Positions 26,870 through 41,021 of a stretch of DNA of 64,000 nucleotides are shown one piece after another. Made by a program: the position numbers and the translations under genes. This stretch comes from Eledone cirrhosa (Eukaryota): assembly GCA_964016885.1 (NCBI GenBank), contig OZ024740.1, positions 69,812,001 to 69,876,000 on the forward strand, written 5' to 3'. Under the pieces are notes generated by a model. The model worked only from the letters and a program-made list of their open reading frames with translations. It searched no databases and was not told the origin of the DNA. Within the stretch, counting starts at the first letter, position 1, and each line of letters begins with the position of its first letter.

Positions 26870-27386
26870 AAAGAAAGGATATCCTATTAAATAAGCGACA
26901 GGAATTAATAATATCGTGTAATCATAAACTGAGAAAAACCTTTAAATATTATAAACCTAATTAATATACACTTTAGAAATTAATTTATAAATTATTTTCT
27001 TAATTTAGTTAACCTATAATTAATATTCTACTACTGATGAACTACATAATTCTGCTTTAAAAATTATAAACCTAATTAATATACACTTTTGAAATTAATA
27101 TATAAACTATTTTTAATTTAGTTAACCTATAATTAATATTCTACTACTGATGAACTACATAATTTTGCTTTCCTTCTTACAAATATCATTTCCTAAAACT
27201 GATACCATTAAGTAAATATATATAATGCTTTAACTTCAGGTTATGACTCTATGTTCCTTGAAAACTATATATATTTACTATTTCTCACTAATAAATGTAA
27301 CCCCCCCCCCAATAATTATATGTATATATAAGTGTATATGTGTGTGTAAATGTATGTGTATGTATGTATATATGCATGTATATATC

Positions 27387-27455
<69 letters not shown>

Positions 27456-27544
27456 ATATATATGTATATGTATATATATATATATTTGTGTATGTGTGTA
27501 TGTGTATGTGTATATATATGTATATATATGTATATATATAAGTG

Positions 27545-27575
<31 letters not shown>

Positions 27576-28591
27576 ATGTGTATATATATGTATATATATA
27601 TATGTATGAGTATATATATATATATATATTATTTTTATATTCTTTTAATTTCCCCTCATCTTTAACAGCACTTTTCAACTGCATCTAACTCTTATTTATC
27701 ATATCGATATGTATTAGTATAATTTTATCAATATAAATATACCCATCAATTAAATTAATTTATATTCTTTTCATAGATGTATTTTTTTCACTAACATTCT
27801 TAAAACTTTAGTCACCTTAGATATTTGTATTGGCATTACTATTTTATAACAGCAACTGCTTGTATACCTTTTACTGACCACCTGACCTATTTTCACCCCT
27901 AAAATAAGCTTCAATTACTACTATTTTACCATTTGGCCAATTATTAACTTTCTATTGGTTAATTCTAAACTAAACCTCTTACCAAACAGACAGAATATAT
28001 TAGATCTTTGTTGGTTTTATTCAATGAAAAAATAAAATTATTTCTGAGGTCAGCATAAGACCTATTTCTTCCCTAAAATAATCCTTCATTCATAATATTC
28101 TTTTCCATCCAAAACTGAAATCTACCTTCCTCTACCCATAATTTAAGGTTCTTCTACTACTATATTACTATCCTGGCCCTCACTATCTCTCTATTGGTCA
28201 ATTCAAAACCTATTCCCAAACAGACCTATTTGTATTGAATCTTTGTATTTTTCAATAAACAAATATCATTATTTCTGAAGACAGCATATATAGGTGTAGG
28301 TATGTATATTCCCTCTGATAGTTTGTATAAATATTGTACATAGATCTATTCAATATGCATACCAACTCTAACACATATATATCCTAGAAACGATCGTAAA
28401 ATGATGAATTTTTTTAATATAAGGAACTGTTTCTTTGTTTATTCATTACTTTAATTTATCTTGACTCTGTTTTCCGTTTATTTTTCGCCGAAAGTAGTTT
28501 TTGAATGCATCTTCTCTTTTCATGATATCCGGATTACATTGAGTTCTTCATACGGATTGGACACTACCGTAAACTTTTGGTAGATTTATCT
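26870..28591 (+). mobile_element. PLE family 2, short 3' fragment (ORF end, 3' UTR, pLTR)
   Basis: About 26875-26963 encodes KDILLNKRQELIISCNHKLRKTFKYYKPN*, nearly the same as the end of ORF 56847-57818. It is followed by about 116-bp repeats and the pLTR. Confidence 0.85.
28266..28407 (+). ncRNA. Hammerhead with 105-nt stem II (PLE family 2 pLTR)
   Basis: tcattattt-CTGAAGA(28275-28281)-[105 nt hairpin]-GAAA(28387-28390)-cgatcg-TA-aaatgatga. Confidence 0.8.
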
Positions 28592-28592
28592 A

Positions 28593-28646
<54 letters not shown>

Positions 28647-29027
28647 ATTTTACTTTGCTCTTGTCCAATCAGCTGAAAAATCCCTGAGAACTCTACTAAG
28701 GGTGCACGTCATGCTCAGACACATGTAGGTTAATTCCACGCAAAAGCTCTTCCGTTGGGTGAAAGACTGCGAGAATCACTGTTGGATCCGACAGAGATCC
28801 CCCACCTCACAATACGGTCAAGCGTATCTATTTTATAATAACATTAACACTCTGATTCCCTTAATTATATGATACAAAGTTATATATGATTATTGAAGTC
28901 AGGAAAAACTTAATTCGCTCTTTCTCCCTTTATATATAAATATACATAGAAGCGCTCCACTCAAACACACACGCACATATATATAATATATACGTAAAAG
29001 TGTGTGTGTATGTATGTGTGTACATCG

Positions 29028-29099
<72 letters not shown>

Positions 29100-29189
29100 T
29101 AAAATAACAGATTAAAGTTTAAGCAAAGAATCGCTGCTTTCACCCTTAACGGGATCTTCTGAAACTAACAAAGTCAATCTGTAAACGCA

Positions 29190-30306
29190 TCCGCAACGCG
29201 GGCGGTGGTTTGTACCATGACGATGGTCTTTTGACCATGACTAAGTGCGGACCTCGTGCTTGCGACAGGTTCAGAAAAGAACTCACAGCCTTCTTTAAAG
29301 GCTTCAACCTCTCTATACAGGTTGAGGCCAATCTCTCGGTCGTTAATTACCTGGACGTTACCCTCAATTTATTGAATGGGTTGTATTACCCGTATAGAAA
29401 GCCGAATGATACGCTTAATTACATAAGTAAACATTCCAACCATCCTGCCAGCATAACCAAGAACCTGGTAAGAAACGTTTCGTTGAGGCTTTCCCGTCTT
29501 TCCACCAACGAGCGCCTTTTCAACGACCATTCCACTTATTACAATGAAGCTCTTGCTCGAAGTGGATTTGTCGATAAGGTAGCATATACAGAGTACTAAT
29601 ATAGACCTAGAAGAAATAGATCCCATCGCATTTGTTGGTTTAACCCACCATATAATATGGAGGTGGCCACACCATTAGCTAAGATCTTTCTTTCCCTTAT
29701 TACGAAGCATTTTCCCCCTACACATAAATATAGTAAAGTTTTTAATAGAAATACTATTAAAATTTCTTACTCTACGACTCCTAATCTTGCACATAACATC
29801 ACAACTTCAAATTTAGCTAAACTACCTAGCCGTAGGAACACGTGCAACCCTGTAGTTAGTACTAACTGTAATTGTAGGAATCGGGCTGATTGCCCCCTAT
29901 CCGGAAATGCCTCTCTAGTAACATTGTCTACAAATGTAAGGTTATAACACCCACGTCCCGTAGGGCCTACATAGGGTTAACCGCCAATAGTTTCAAGCAG
30001 CGTCTTTACATGCATACCCATTCTTTTCGTTACCCTCTAAGAAGGAATATGACGTCACTTTCAGCTTATATCTGGAGTCTAAAAGACAACCACACCCAAT
30101 ATAAGTTACACTGGGAGATCCTAGCTAGGGCTAGATCGTATAACGGAAATAAAAGACCATGTGACCTCTGCGCCGCTGAGGCCCTGGAAATACTCTACGC
30201 CACCGACCACATCTTAAACAAAAAATCTGAGGCAATTTCGGCTTGTAGACATAAATTGCACAAAACTTTCCTGTATTACAGCCCCACGTTATACCCTAAC
30301 GGATAG
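29190..30306 (+). pseudogene. PLE RT-GIY-YIG ORF, disrupted
   Basis: LYHDDGL (YRDD-type RT site), VNYLDVTL, YRKPND, SNHP. Premature stop at 29597-29599 and a frameshift near 29903 relative to copy A. Confidence 0.9.
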
Positions 30307-31215
30307 TACGATCTATACATGGATATTTTACGTCTTGATGTGGGAGCTAAGTATATGTTTTGTTTATTCCTTTACTTATTTGCATAGGTAAGTATATATT
30401 ACCCGTATGTTTTGTGAAGGTATGTATACCTCCTGTACGTATATTTGACTGTTATGGCGTATAATTTTTACATATTCTGGTATTTAGGGTTTGCTATGTG
30501 TATACGGGAGTTTTGCGTCCGCGTGAGTATGCAGGTTCGTACGTATGGTGGGTGTGTTTATATGTGTACTTCTTGTTTTAGTTGACTTACGTCTCCGAAC
30601 ATTCGTGTATTTATATGTAGGTATGCGTGTGCGCTTGTTATATACGTATTTATTTACTTATATACGTTTATATAATTATTTATTTATTTGTACACAAGCA
30701 TACACACACACACATATTTATATGTGCGTGGTTTTGTATACCTATGGTAAGGTTTTGCGTATGCTTGTGTATGTACGTATCTGTTTGCGTGTATGTATTT
30801 ATTTGTTTCTATTACTTCTGTATTGTATTTATTTACTTTGTTCTTAACTCTGTAGCGGAGATTCATTTGGTCTCCTAGTTAGAATTTTAATCTACGACTT
30901 CTGCTATACTATTTACGTGGTTTTGTCTTTGCGTGCTATTGTTCTCCACGCTCCACATATGACTTATTATCTTCGTTTTTTCGTTCATTGCCAGAGAACG
31001 TCTCTATGCACCACCTAAGAGAACATTAGTCTACGACCTCTTTTATACCTGAACGTGGTTCTGTCTTTGCGCGTAATTGTTTTTCACCGCTCCTATTAAT
31101 GGCGTATTATTTGTTTTTTCCCGTTCTTTGCCAGCGAACGTTACCACGAACCAAACTATCGTCTTCCTGTCTTCCTCCGGTTGCAACGTTTTTTGAAATA
31201 TCCAGTTCTGCGTTT

Positions 31216-31291
31216 ACAGATTGACTTTGTTAGTTTCAGAAGATCCCGTTAAGGGTGAAAGCAGCGATTCTTTGCTTAAACTTTAATCTGT
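31216..31291 (+). ncRNA. Variant hammerhead (U4A core) in PLE family 1 pLTR
   Basis: acagattga..agttt-CAGAAGA-t ccc gttaa ggg t-GAAA-gca..tgc-TT-aaact..ttaatctgt. Copies at 29107-29182(-), 39351-39426(-), 39594-39669(+) and 23209-23259(+). Confidence 0.65.
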
Positions 31292-31388
31292 TATTTTAAT
31301 AAATATTTGCTCTACGGTTCTTATATATTTGATATATATTTTCCTTATCGAGCCCTCTTTGGATTTTAGTCTTCAATTTTATTATTAT

Positions 31389-31466
<78 letters not shown>

Positions 31467-31647
31467 TCAGAGCAAACATCACGGGCGCTCTATCTCAAAA
31501 TTATTTTTGAAAGGCATTAGAAATGCGCAACCGGTAAAACTTAAAACCAAAACTGAATACTAACCAATACTATTACTAATTCTCACTTATTCCTAATTAA
31601 ACTATTTTTCACTGTGAACAATTTGTCAGCATTTTCTATTCCGTTTA

Positions 31648-31726
<79 letters not shown>

Positions 31727-31727
31727 G

Positions 31728-31780
<53 letters not shown>

Positions 31781-32238
31781 GTGTGTGTGTATGTGTATAT
31801 ATGTGTGTGTATGTGTGTATGTATATGTATGTGTGTGTGTATGTATGTGTGTATATGTATATATATATATATATATGTATATGTATATGTATGTATGTGT
31901 GGGTGAAGGTATGTGTGTATATATAGGTGTAAGTGCACTAAATCCCTTTCTATCACGCTCCACTCTCCTACCCATCACAGGAAGATATGTGTATGTATAT
32001 TGCTTCCACCCCCTCACTGACCAGCAGCTGGCCAGTTGACGATTGCTAAATCTGACCTTTATAAAATAACCCACACCCCAAATAACTTCTCATTCACTAC
32101 CAGAAAGGGACACAGCAGTCAACCTGTTGTTGCTACCTAGATGAAAACTGCTATGAAATCCCACAATGAATTTTATACTTGAATTTTCAAATCTCAAGTT
32201 TTAACTATTCGTATTATTAATTTTTCTTAATATTAATC

Positions 32239-32286
32239 AACATTTGAAAAGATGGCTTTTGCAGACCCATCGAAACCGGTCATTTT
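32239..32286 (+). ncRNA. Hammerhead with U3-A8 core variant
   Basis: aacat-TTGAAAA-gatgg..ccatc-GAAA-ccgg-TC-atttt (one stem I mismatch). A more degenerate relative is at 31504-31539. Confidence 0.62.
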
Positions 32287-32422
32287 TTATACCCTTTATT
32301 ATTTCCTTACCTTATAAAATTATGTTTTTTCACAAAAAAGTATTCTGTCTCTTATATATTCCATGTGCCATTACCAACCTCAATTTTCTCTATAACCTTC
32401 GTTTTGTGTAGAAAATTACACT

Positions 32423-32486
<64 letters not shown>

Positions 32487-32712
32487 ATCTATTATTATTA
32501 TTAACCCCTAAAGTTGAGATAACATTTTGGTCGTTTGAACTGCTGCTATTTATAGTGGCAGGACATTGACCTGTCCGCCCCTGTCTTCTGTTTTTACACA
32601 CGGCACTAGACAAAATTGGTTCTTTCCTCATTCACTCTCATCCGGGAACAGTTTTATATTGCGCCAGTTTGTGATTTGAACTCGGGAATTTTATATTCTC
32701 CGAGCGAGAAGA

Positions 32713-32796
32713 ACCTTCTGACGAGAATCCCCTTCTCAATGTAAATCCGCCTGGATTATCCATTTATTTTGGGATTTGAAACCGCGTGGTAAGGGT
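32713..32796 (+). ncRNA. Type I hammerhead ribozyme
   Basis: acctt-CTGACGA-gaatccc...gggattt-GAAA-ccgcgtgg-TA-agggt, inside a (TA)n-flanked unit of about 370 bp. Confidence 0.88.
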
Positions 32797-32859
32797 ACAT
32801 ATAGTAAGTACAGCGAACTTTTTAAAATTTATTTTAAAACTTTTTCTCTATTTGCTAAT

Positions 32860-33180
32860 ATATATATATATATATATATATATCGTATATATATATATAT
32901 ATATATCATATATATATATATATATATATATCATATATATATATATATATATATCATATATATATATATATATATCATATATATATATATATCATATATA
33001 TATATATATCATATATATATATCATATATATATATATCATATATATATATATCATATATATATATATCATATATATATATATCATATATATATATCATAT
33101 ATATATATATCATATATATATATCATACATATATATATTTATATATATATCACATATAAATATATCATATATATATATAT
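32860..33180. repeat. (TA)n/ATC compound microsatellite
   Basis: Repeated catatatatatatat units. Confidence 0.9.
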
Positions 33181-33774
33181 CAGGGTAAAATAATGACGTG
33201 CGCAATCTTGTTAAACGTAATCCCTATACACTTAAATAATCCTTTTGTAAAACAAATATGTCGAACTGTGAATGGTATTCAATCTTCATCGTAATACCAT
33301 ATCATACGTATCTACCCATTCACTCGCTTGTTATATACCTATGTTCAAAGATAGACGGCACCAGAGTGTTTTGATTCCAGGCTGTTAGCCGCCTCACTAA
33401 CGCCTCTCTCATCTCATTCCTTCACATATTTCTTTTCTGCCTATAGCTTTCATCCGATGTTACACATTAAATCAGATGTGATAGATGCGAAAATAACGCT
33501 AGCCCACATGCCTGCACGAACTGCATGTGTGTATGCATGTGCATCCAAGTATGTATTATGTATGTGCGCGCGCGTGTGTGTGTGAGTGTGTGTGTGTATG
33601 CATGAATGGATGAATGGCTGAATGTATACATACATATACGCTTCCCCTCCCCCACACACACACATATATATATATATGTATATATATATAAATATATATA
33701 TGTGCGGGGGGGGGGTGTATGTGTATGTATACATTCAGCCAGTCATTCATCCATTCATGCATACACACACACAC

Positions 33775-33872
<98 letters not shown>

Positions 33873-33884
33873 TTGTGTGTGTGT

Positions 33885-34577
<693 letters not shown>

Positions 34578-34974
34578 GGTATGTATGTATGCATGTATGT
34601 ATGTATGTATGCTTGTATATATGTACGTATGTATATATGTATGAATCTCTGTATCCGTATGAGTATAACGAGATGGACATGTGCTAAGCTGTCAAGATAC
34701 GTTGAAACGCCTGAAAGTACCGTTTTGCTTAAGCTCCAGATTTACTCATAATCCCCCATAGTAAACATAATATGTCATAAGCCTCACACACGTATACTCA
34801 GTGTGCCATCACTAATGAGAGTTTTATGAAGTATTCTTTAAATATTGGTCTTCTTTGACTATTGCTTTCTAGACATCCCGTATGTTTGTGTTTTCCCCAT
34901 GTACGCAAATATATACATTCTACTAGTTTGTAGTTTAGTTTGAAGCCTGTGTGTTACTCCCCCCTCTCTGTCTC

Positions 34975-35048
<74 letters not shown>

Positions 35049-36116
35049 TCTCGCTCACTCTCTCCGTCACTGTGACGATCTTTGCATGTGTATGTGTGTT
35101 TCCTCGTCTCTGTCATTCAAACTTATACTTATATATATTTGTGTGTGTGTAATGAATGATCGTTTTGCTCTATAATGAAACATGCACACATATATATGTA
35201 TGTGTGTAAGCTCGCTTGTTCTTTTCTGTTCTTTTTTTTCTGTATCAATGTATCATAAAAGAACTTTCTTATTAGTTATCGATTTTTATGCCTATCCTGT
35301 GTTCGCTATGCACTTTTTATGTTGATCTAATTGTAATGACTGTTCCTTTTAGAGCAACATATTTCGTGGTCAAATCCTACACCCACGTTATATGTATTTA
35401 CTTTTACAAAAAAAATATCAATGTTTCGTGGAAAACCAGAATCATGGTATATAAAGCTGGCAGACAAGTTTTCACCCCCCACCCCACCCGTTGTAATTAC
35501 AGGAGTGGGCAGGAAGAGAGCCATCAATATCAACGGGAAAATAGCAAAATTACATCCAGATCACTCTAGGTAATGAGATGTGACCGTTGGAGGGTCAGTA
35601 GTATAGTATTGTGGTGTGATAAACCTCGGTCTTGTCACGAGATACAACCCCATGGCAAAGGATTTGTATCGATAAGGGTGCGAAGAACCTTTACAGCACA
35701 GGTTTACGAAATACGTCTTGCGATACTAGTTATCACCAATAATCTACAGGTATGACTCAAAATTATGTCAAATCTGATCAATATTTGAATGAGGAATATA
35801 TTTGAGATCCGATCATTTTGCATAAAATTCGATGCGTGACTGATATTTAATAGTTTATTAATTAGTTTCGTAAAAATTATCTTTTAAAAGTGTGTCAACA
35901 AGAAGACCTAGCTGGTGCCCTTTGAAATTGGAGAACTGTCTGCTATGAAAGTTATTAAGATCCTAGAAAAATCTCGCCTGGCCTATATTGGTGATCTAAG
36001 ATCGAATACCAAGTATTCAATCAGACCTTCCATCCGGCTGCGCTCATAATGCTGTCATCTGCATTAAATGTGTCTTGGTTGACTGAAGTGCCTTTTAATA
36101 ACCACAAAAAAGTCAA

Positions 36117-36150
<34 letters not shown>

Positions 36151-36441
36151 AACCATAAAATCAACTATATATATATATAGTTGATTTTATGGTTATGCTT
36201 TAAATAGGGATGCCGTCTAGCCGAGCAAACCTGTAAGCCGGTCACAGAAATCCGTATTATGCATTTGTGTAACATTAAACGAATATATGGGAATACGGAC
36301 ATCTAATTTCAAATATATATATATATATGTATATTAGGACTCATAAGGGAAGGGCGGAGGCTTCAAAAACATCATCTTTGTCCGTTGCTTTGTCGTTTTA
36401 GTTTGGGTTGCCTCGAGAACGTAACATTATTATGTAATGAA

Positions 36442-36516
36442 GCTGTCTGATGAGATCATAGCACTGGTTACGTGGAATCGCGTGGACACAGTCACCATTG
36501 AAATAAGTAGCACAGC
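36442..36516 (+). ncRNA. Degenerate hammerhead (U16.1 lost), related to the 7234 motif
   Basis: gctgt-CTGATGA-gat...att-GAAA-taagta-GC-acagc. Confidence 0.55.
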
Positions 36517-36567
36517 CTTATCAATAAAGGACTTTAACATCTGCAACTACTTCGCATATTTTTATTC

Positions 36568-36628
<61 letters not shown>

Positions 36629-39248
36629 ATATTCTATTGTCTTTCGTTTTTCGTTGCGAGAGGAGCAAAGGCACAAGGAGCAGCGCAAAATCTAGCTACA
36701 CTTTGCTATCAACTAGAAATTGAAAGATGCCAGACGTCGTTCATATCTCACGAATTTATTTGACACTGTTCCATCATTATACCTTCTAATGTTAATCATA
36801 CTCTGGAGCACTTCCCTTCCCATGTACTGCGCCATTTATCCACCCTTAATTTACAAACAACAGTAACAAGATTTGTACTGGAATAACAGCAGCAGTCTCT
36901 GGGAAAAATCAGTATAAATTGGTTAAACCAACACTGATACTTAACTAGTACATTATTGTACGCACTGCGGAAGGATAGCCAATTCTCCGCCTATAATATT
37001 GGTTTCTAACACAGTCATAAGCTTAGAAATTTGGGAGAAGCTTATAATCGATCATAATTACTCAAGAACTTCACTAATATTTTATATTATTGATCTAGAG
37101 TTAGAAATTTAATGGTGACCTCCATAGGATTTGTACACAATCGTAATTAGATATTGCAAAAGATTTAGTCCGGCGCCTTATCGGACCACGAATCCACTGG
37201 CTATATAATTTACATCCATATTAGTTTGGTTACTTTGGAAAAAGCAATCGTATCCCTATACAGTTTCTTGCAATTCATGTTTACTGTTACATTTGTAACA
37301 TCGTGCTAAGAACGCTATCTCTCTTCTCTAGTCCAAGTAAACAAAAGCACATAATGTGCATGCAGTAATAACATTGGTGTTGTTGTTAAGCCCTAGTTCA
37401 GTGATTATCATCCTATAGATTGCATATCTTTTTCAAGACGATAAAGTGTGTTTTGAAGGTAAATTGGTTTCTATAACTTGTAAGACGTGTAGATATGTAG
37501 ATCATCCCTCGTTTATTTAACACTACCCTCATTAGTTTAACACAGCATTCAGGGATGCACACAACCAGAGATAAGTGTAGAAGAATAGCATTAGTGGAAT
37601 TCCGACCAAGTTCACCTTGTGATATGATGACAGGTCTGACTAAACAGAAGGAAACTGAACTTGTCTAGATTGCCTGAATGTTTAGTATGGAATATCAAAG
37701 GTGGCTAGCATCCACTGGCTCACCGACTACCTATAACCTATGACTATACCTGATCGGGTCATATAGAGGATTCAGACCTACAACAACATCAAAGAAGAAA
37801 AACTTCCCTCACAAATATACCACATAAATTATGGTATAAACTAAATTTTTCTTTAAAACGCTTTTAATTATTCATGCATTTACGCTTCTTGAACACATTT
37901 AACGCATATTTGTTTGAATTATAGTGGATTTCCTCCCTGCGTATGTTAAAACTCTCTATATCCTAGTTTCCACAGGAATTGTGATATGGGGGGAGTCTCT
38001 CTCAGAAACAAATGCCAGGAAAAATTATGACACCACTTGAATGCCATAAAGAAACAATCAGCTAGCAGCTATTAAACAGCAACAAGACAAACAAATATAT
38101 TTACCATTGCTTAAAGATGAATAGAACATCGGGAATTTCTGAAGAAAGAGTCCTTTTTCGATGTTGTTCGATGTAACCCAAGAACTGATAGGCAAGCATA
38201 AATCAATGAAACCTGGAAAAGAAAGGCTGTATCTCCATTTCAATGGTTGTGTATAGATTATGTTTATATCCTGTAAACTTGAGGATGATGGTAAGGAAGT
38301 TTTACCTCACTTAGAAACATATCCGTTACATAATGCCATAATTTGCTTCAAAAATATCACTTATGTTATACATTTCTAAACATTGTACACTAAATCTGTA
38401 GCTGCAGCACAAATGACATAGAAGTACAACCAATATACAATGCAAACCGTAGAAAAGTATTGGCACTCTACATTATTTGTCTAAGATGTTAGATACATTA
38501 TTTGTCAAGATGTTGGATAATTTAAACATTTGTGTTTATAATGTTGAGAATATATTCATACATATTAAAATGAGGAATATTGGTGAAGCATTCCTATGAA
38601 AATATCCGCCAAGTGCAAATATAACAGGTCTGGTGATATGATTTGCCAGAGTGTAAATTTCTTTTAAAATCGATTAGAAAAATATTTACCAACAATTACC
38701 TTGAGAACTACACCTCTACCAAAGTGTTTAAATTTACATAATCACCGGTACACTTGGTTATGCTACTAAATAGTTAAACTGTAAACTCTAAAAGTTGGCG
38801 TTTTCAGACAATGTGAGTAACCAACTTGCGTGCAAATTCAATCTGTAAACGGGACAGGCAAAATCAATTTATAAACGGAACAGTGAACAGATAAAGTTAT
38901 TAGACTTTTCTTAAATCCACCATGGGAGCACGGTTTTAGTTGATGAGATTTTGTTGCTGAATGGTAAAATTTCAAATATTACTAATAAAAAAAGTGTAAC
39001 ATACATAGTAACATTGATAACAAATTGGTAAAGTTGATTGGGCGATGTACAAAATATGTGCTGTGTTTGTTAGAACTGTTTCATATCTGAGTTGAAATAT
39101 CTCTATGGCCTACTGGGGGTAGAATTTATGCTGCAATACTCTGACCAGGTTTCCGATTTGAGCATTCATTTTTCTCCCACTACAATGGTCAGTGGCACTA
39201 CGATTCACACACTGACTACGTAGTAAATATATATATATATATATATAT

Positions 39249-39676
39249 AGTAATAATAATAAATTTGAAGACTAAAATCCAAAGAGGGCTCGATAAGGAT
39301 AAATATATATCAAATATATAAGAACCGTAGAGCAAATATTTATTAAAATAACAGATTAAAGTTTAAGCAAAGAATCGCTGCTTTCACCCTTAACGGGATC
39401 TTCTGAAACTAACAAAGTCAATCTGTAAATGCAGAAGTGGATATTTCAAACAGCGTTGCAACCGGAGGAAGACAGGAAGACGATACTTTGGTTCGTGGAA
39501 ACGTTCCCCTTAACGGGATCTTCACGAACCAAAGTATCGTCTTCCTGTCTTCCTCCGGTTGCAACGTTTTTTGAAATATCCACTTCTGCGTTTACAGATT
39601 GACTTTGTTAGTTTCAGAAGATCCCGTTAAGGGTGAAAGCATCGATTCTTTGCTTAAACTTTAATCTGTTATTTTA

Positions 39677-39683
<7 letters not shown>
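39249..39683. mobile_element. Inverted pair of solo PLE family 1 pLTR ends, each with the variant HHR
   Basis: The - arm 39249-39506 and + arm 39523-39683 match 31135-31393. (TA)n flanks. Confidence 0.88.
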
Positions 39684-39727
<44 letters not shown>

Positions 39728-39935
39728 AAAACAAGTTGGTGTAGGGAAGAACAAAGGAGAGACACAAAATAAAAATCTAGTCACTGAGGAGGTCACATAA
39801 AGAGCTTTGACAATATATAAACAACGTTCTGGTTATCAAACCAACCAAATGAAAATTTATAATAAATTGAAGTGAAAACCAACAGGTGCGTGTGTTTTTT
39901 CTTGGCAACATGACCCTCCAAAGTATATCAATATA

Positions 39936-39989
<54 letters not shown>

Positions 39990-40203
39990 GGAAAATTTGA
40001 ACAGGAACAAAACAGAGAGGCAGTACAACGAATGTTTATTAATTTCACGCTCTTGATATATATAATATATAGTAAGAAACACAGTAAACCGTGTGTCTAA
40101 AATTACAAGGGTTGAAAAACCACATTTGTTTGAAATATTTAACCAAGAAGCGGACAGGATGATAAAATAAAAATATATCATTATTATACATATATATATA
40201 TAT

Positions 40204-40928
40204 GAACACTATGTATATCCCCTTTCAGAAACTAATTAGTTAGAGTGAAACTTAAGTAAGTAAGTTAATTATTATAATTTCTTATTTTACGTCTTTCATA
40301 TAATTGATCTACATTTTTGTATTGAACCACAAAGTTACTAAGACAAAACCTATAACTTGCTAGCGTAAGTATACTTCTGTATAAATATGTTGGTAGATAT
40401 ACTAATTCTTTATAATTATCTCCAAATTATTTTGTTGAGTAAAAATTTGCCTAAATTGCTACTATGGTTCATAGTAACATTTTGGCTACTGTCTTTTTAA
40501 CACCCCACTCCTCACTGATTAACCTCGATGCCACGTGATTGATTGTTTTGAATTTGCCACTGACCGGGAAGGCAGTGAAATTTTCAGTGTCTTAAAATTT
40601 AGTCCGCGCTTGCTTTTTTTCCATTCAATGAATTATTTTTGTTTGAGCTCCCTGTGTCCGCCTATCGCCAGGGATCTTAGCCGAGAATTGACTCCCTGAT
40701 GAAGAAAGGATTCTCCATAGTTTTGAACACTATGTATATCCCCTTTCAGAAACTAATTAGTAGGAGTGAAACTTAAGTAAGTACGTTAATTATTATAATT
40801 TTCTTATTTTACGTCTTTCATATAATTGTTCTACATTTTTGTATTGAACCACAAAGTTACTAAGACAAAACCTATATATTGCTAGCGTAAGTATACTTCT
40901 GTATAAATATGTTGGTAGATATACTAAT

Positions 40929-40930
<2 letters not shown>
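40204..40930 (+). mobile_element. (TA)n-flanked 1.4-mer of a 521-nt non-coding unit (retrozyme-like or pLTR; family C)
   Basis: 40204-40410 repeats at 40725-40930; contains an HHR. Confidence 0.78.
40691..40767 (+). ncRNA. Type I hammerhead ribozyme (family C)
   Basis: actcc-CTGATGA-a gaaagg..catagt/actatg..cctttc a-GAAA-ctaattag-TA-ggagt. Confidence 0.9.

Positions 40931-41021
<91 letters not shown>

Larger units (their letters stand above)
29093..31393 (+). mobile_element. Penelope-like element family 1 copy B, 5'-truncated, with inverted pLTR piece at the 5' end
   Basis: 29093-29189 is the reverse complement of 31209-31305. (TA)n on both sides. Contains RT and GIY-YIG remnants. Confidence 0.93.

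Noticed and set aside
27034-27155. Two ctgatga motifs in the 116-bp tandem repeats
   Set aside because: No stem II-GAAA-stem III-NUH arrangement follows.
38797-38820. ttttcag-acaat-gtgagt, a possible 5-nt microexon
   Set aside because: Splice-like motifs are expected by chance and there is no gene context without RNA data.
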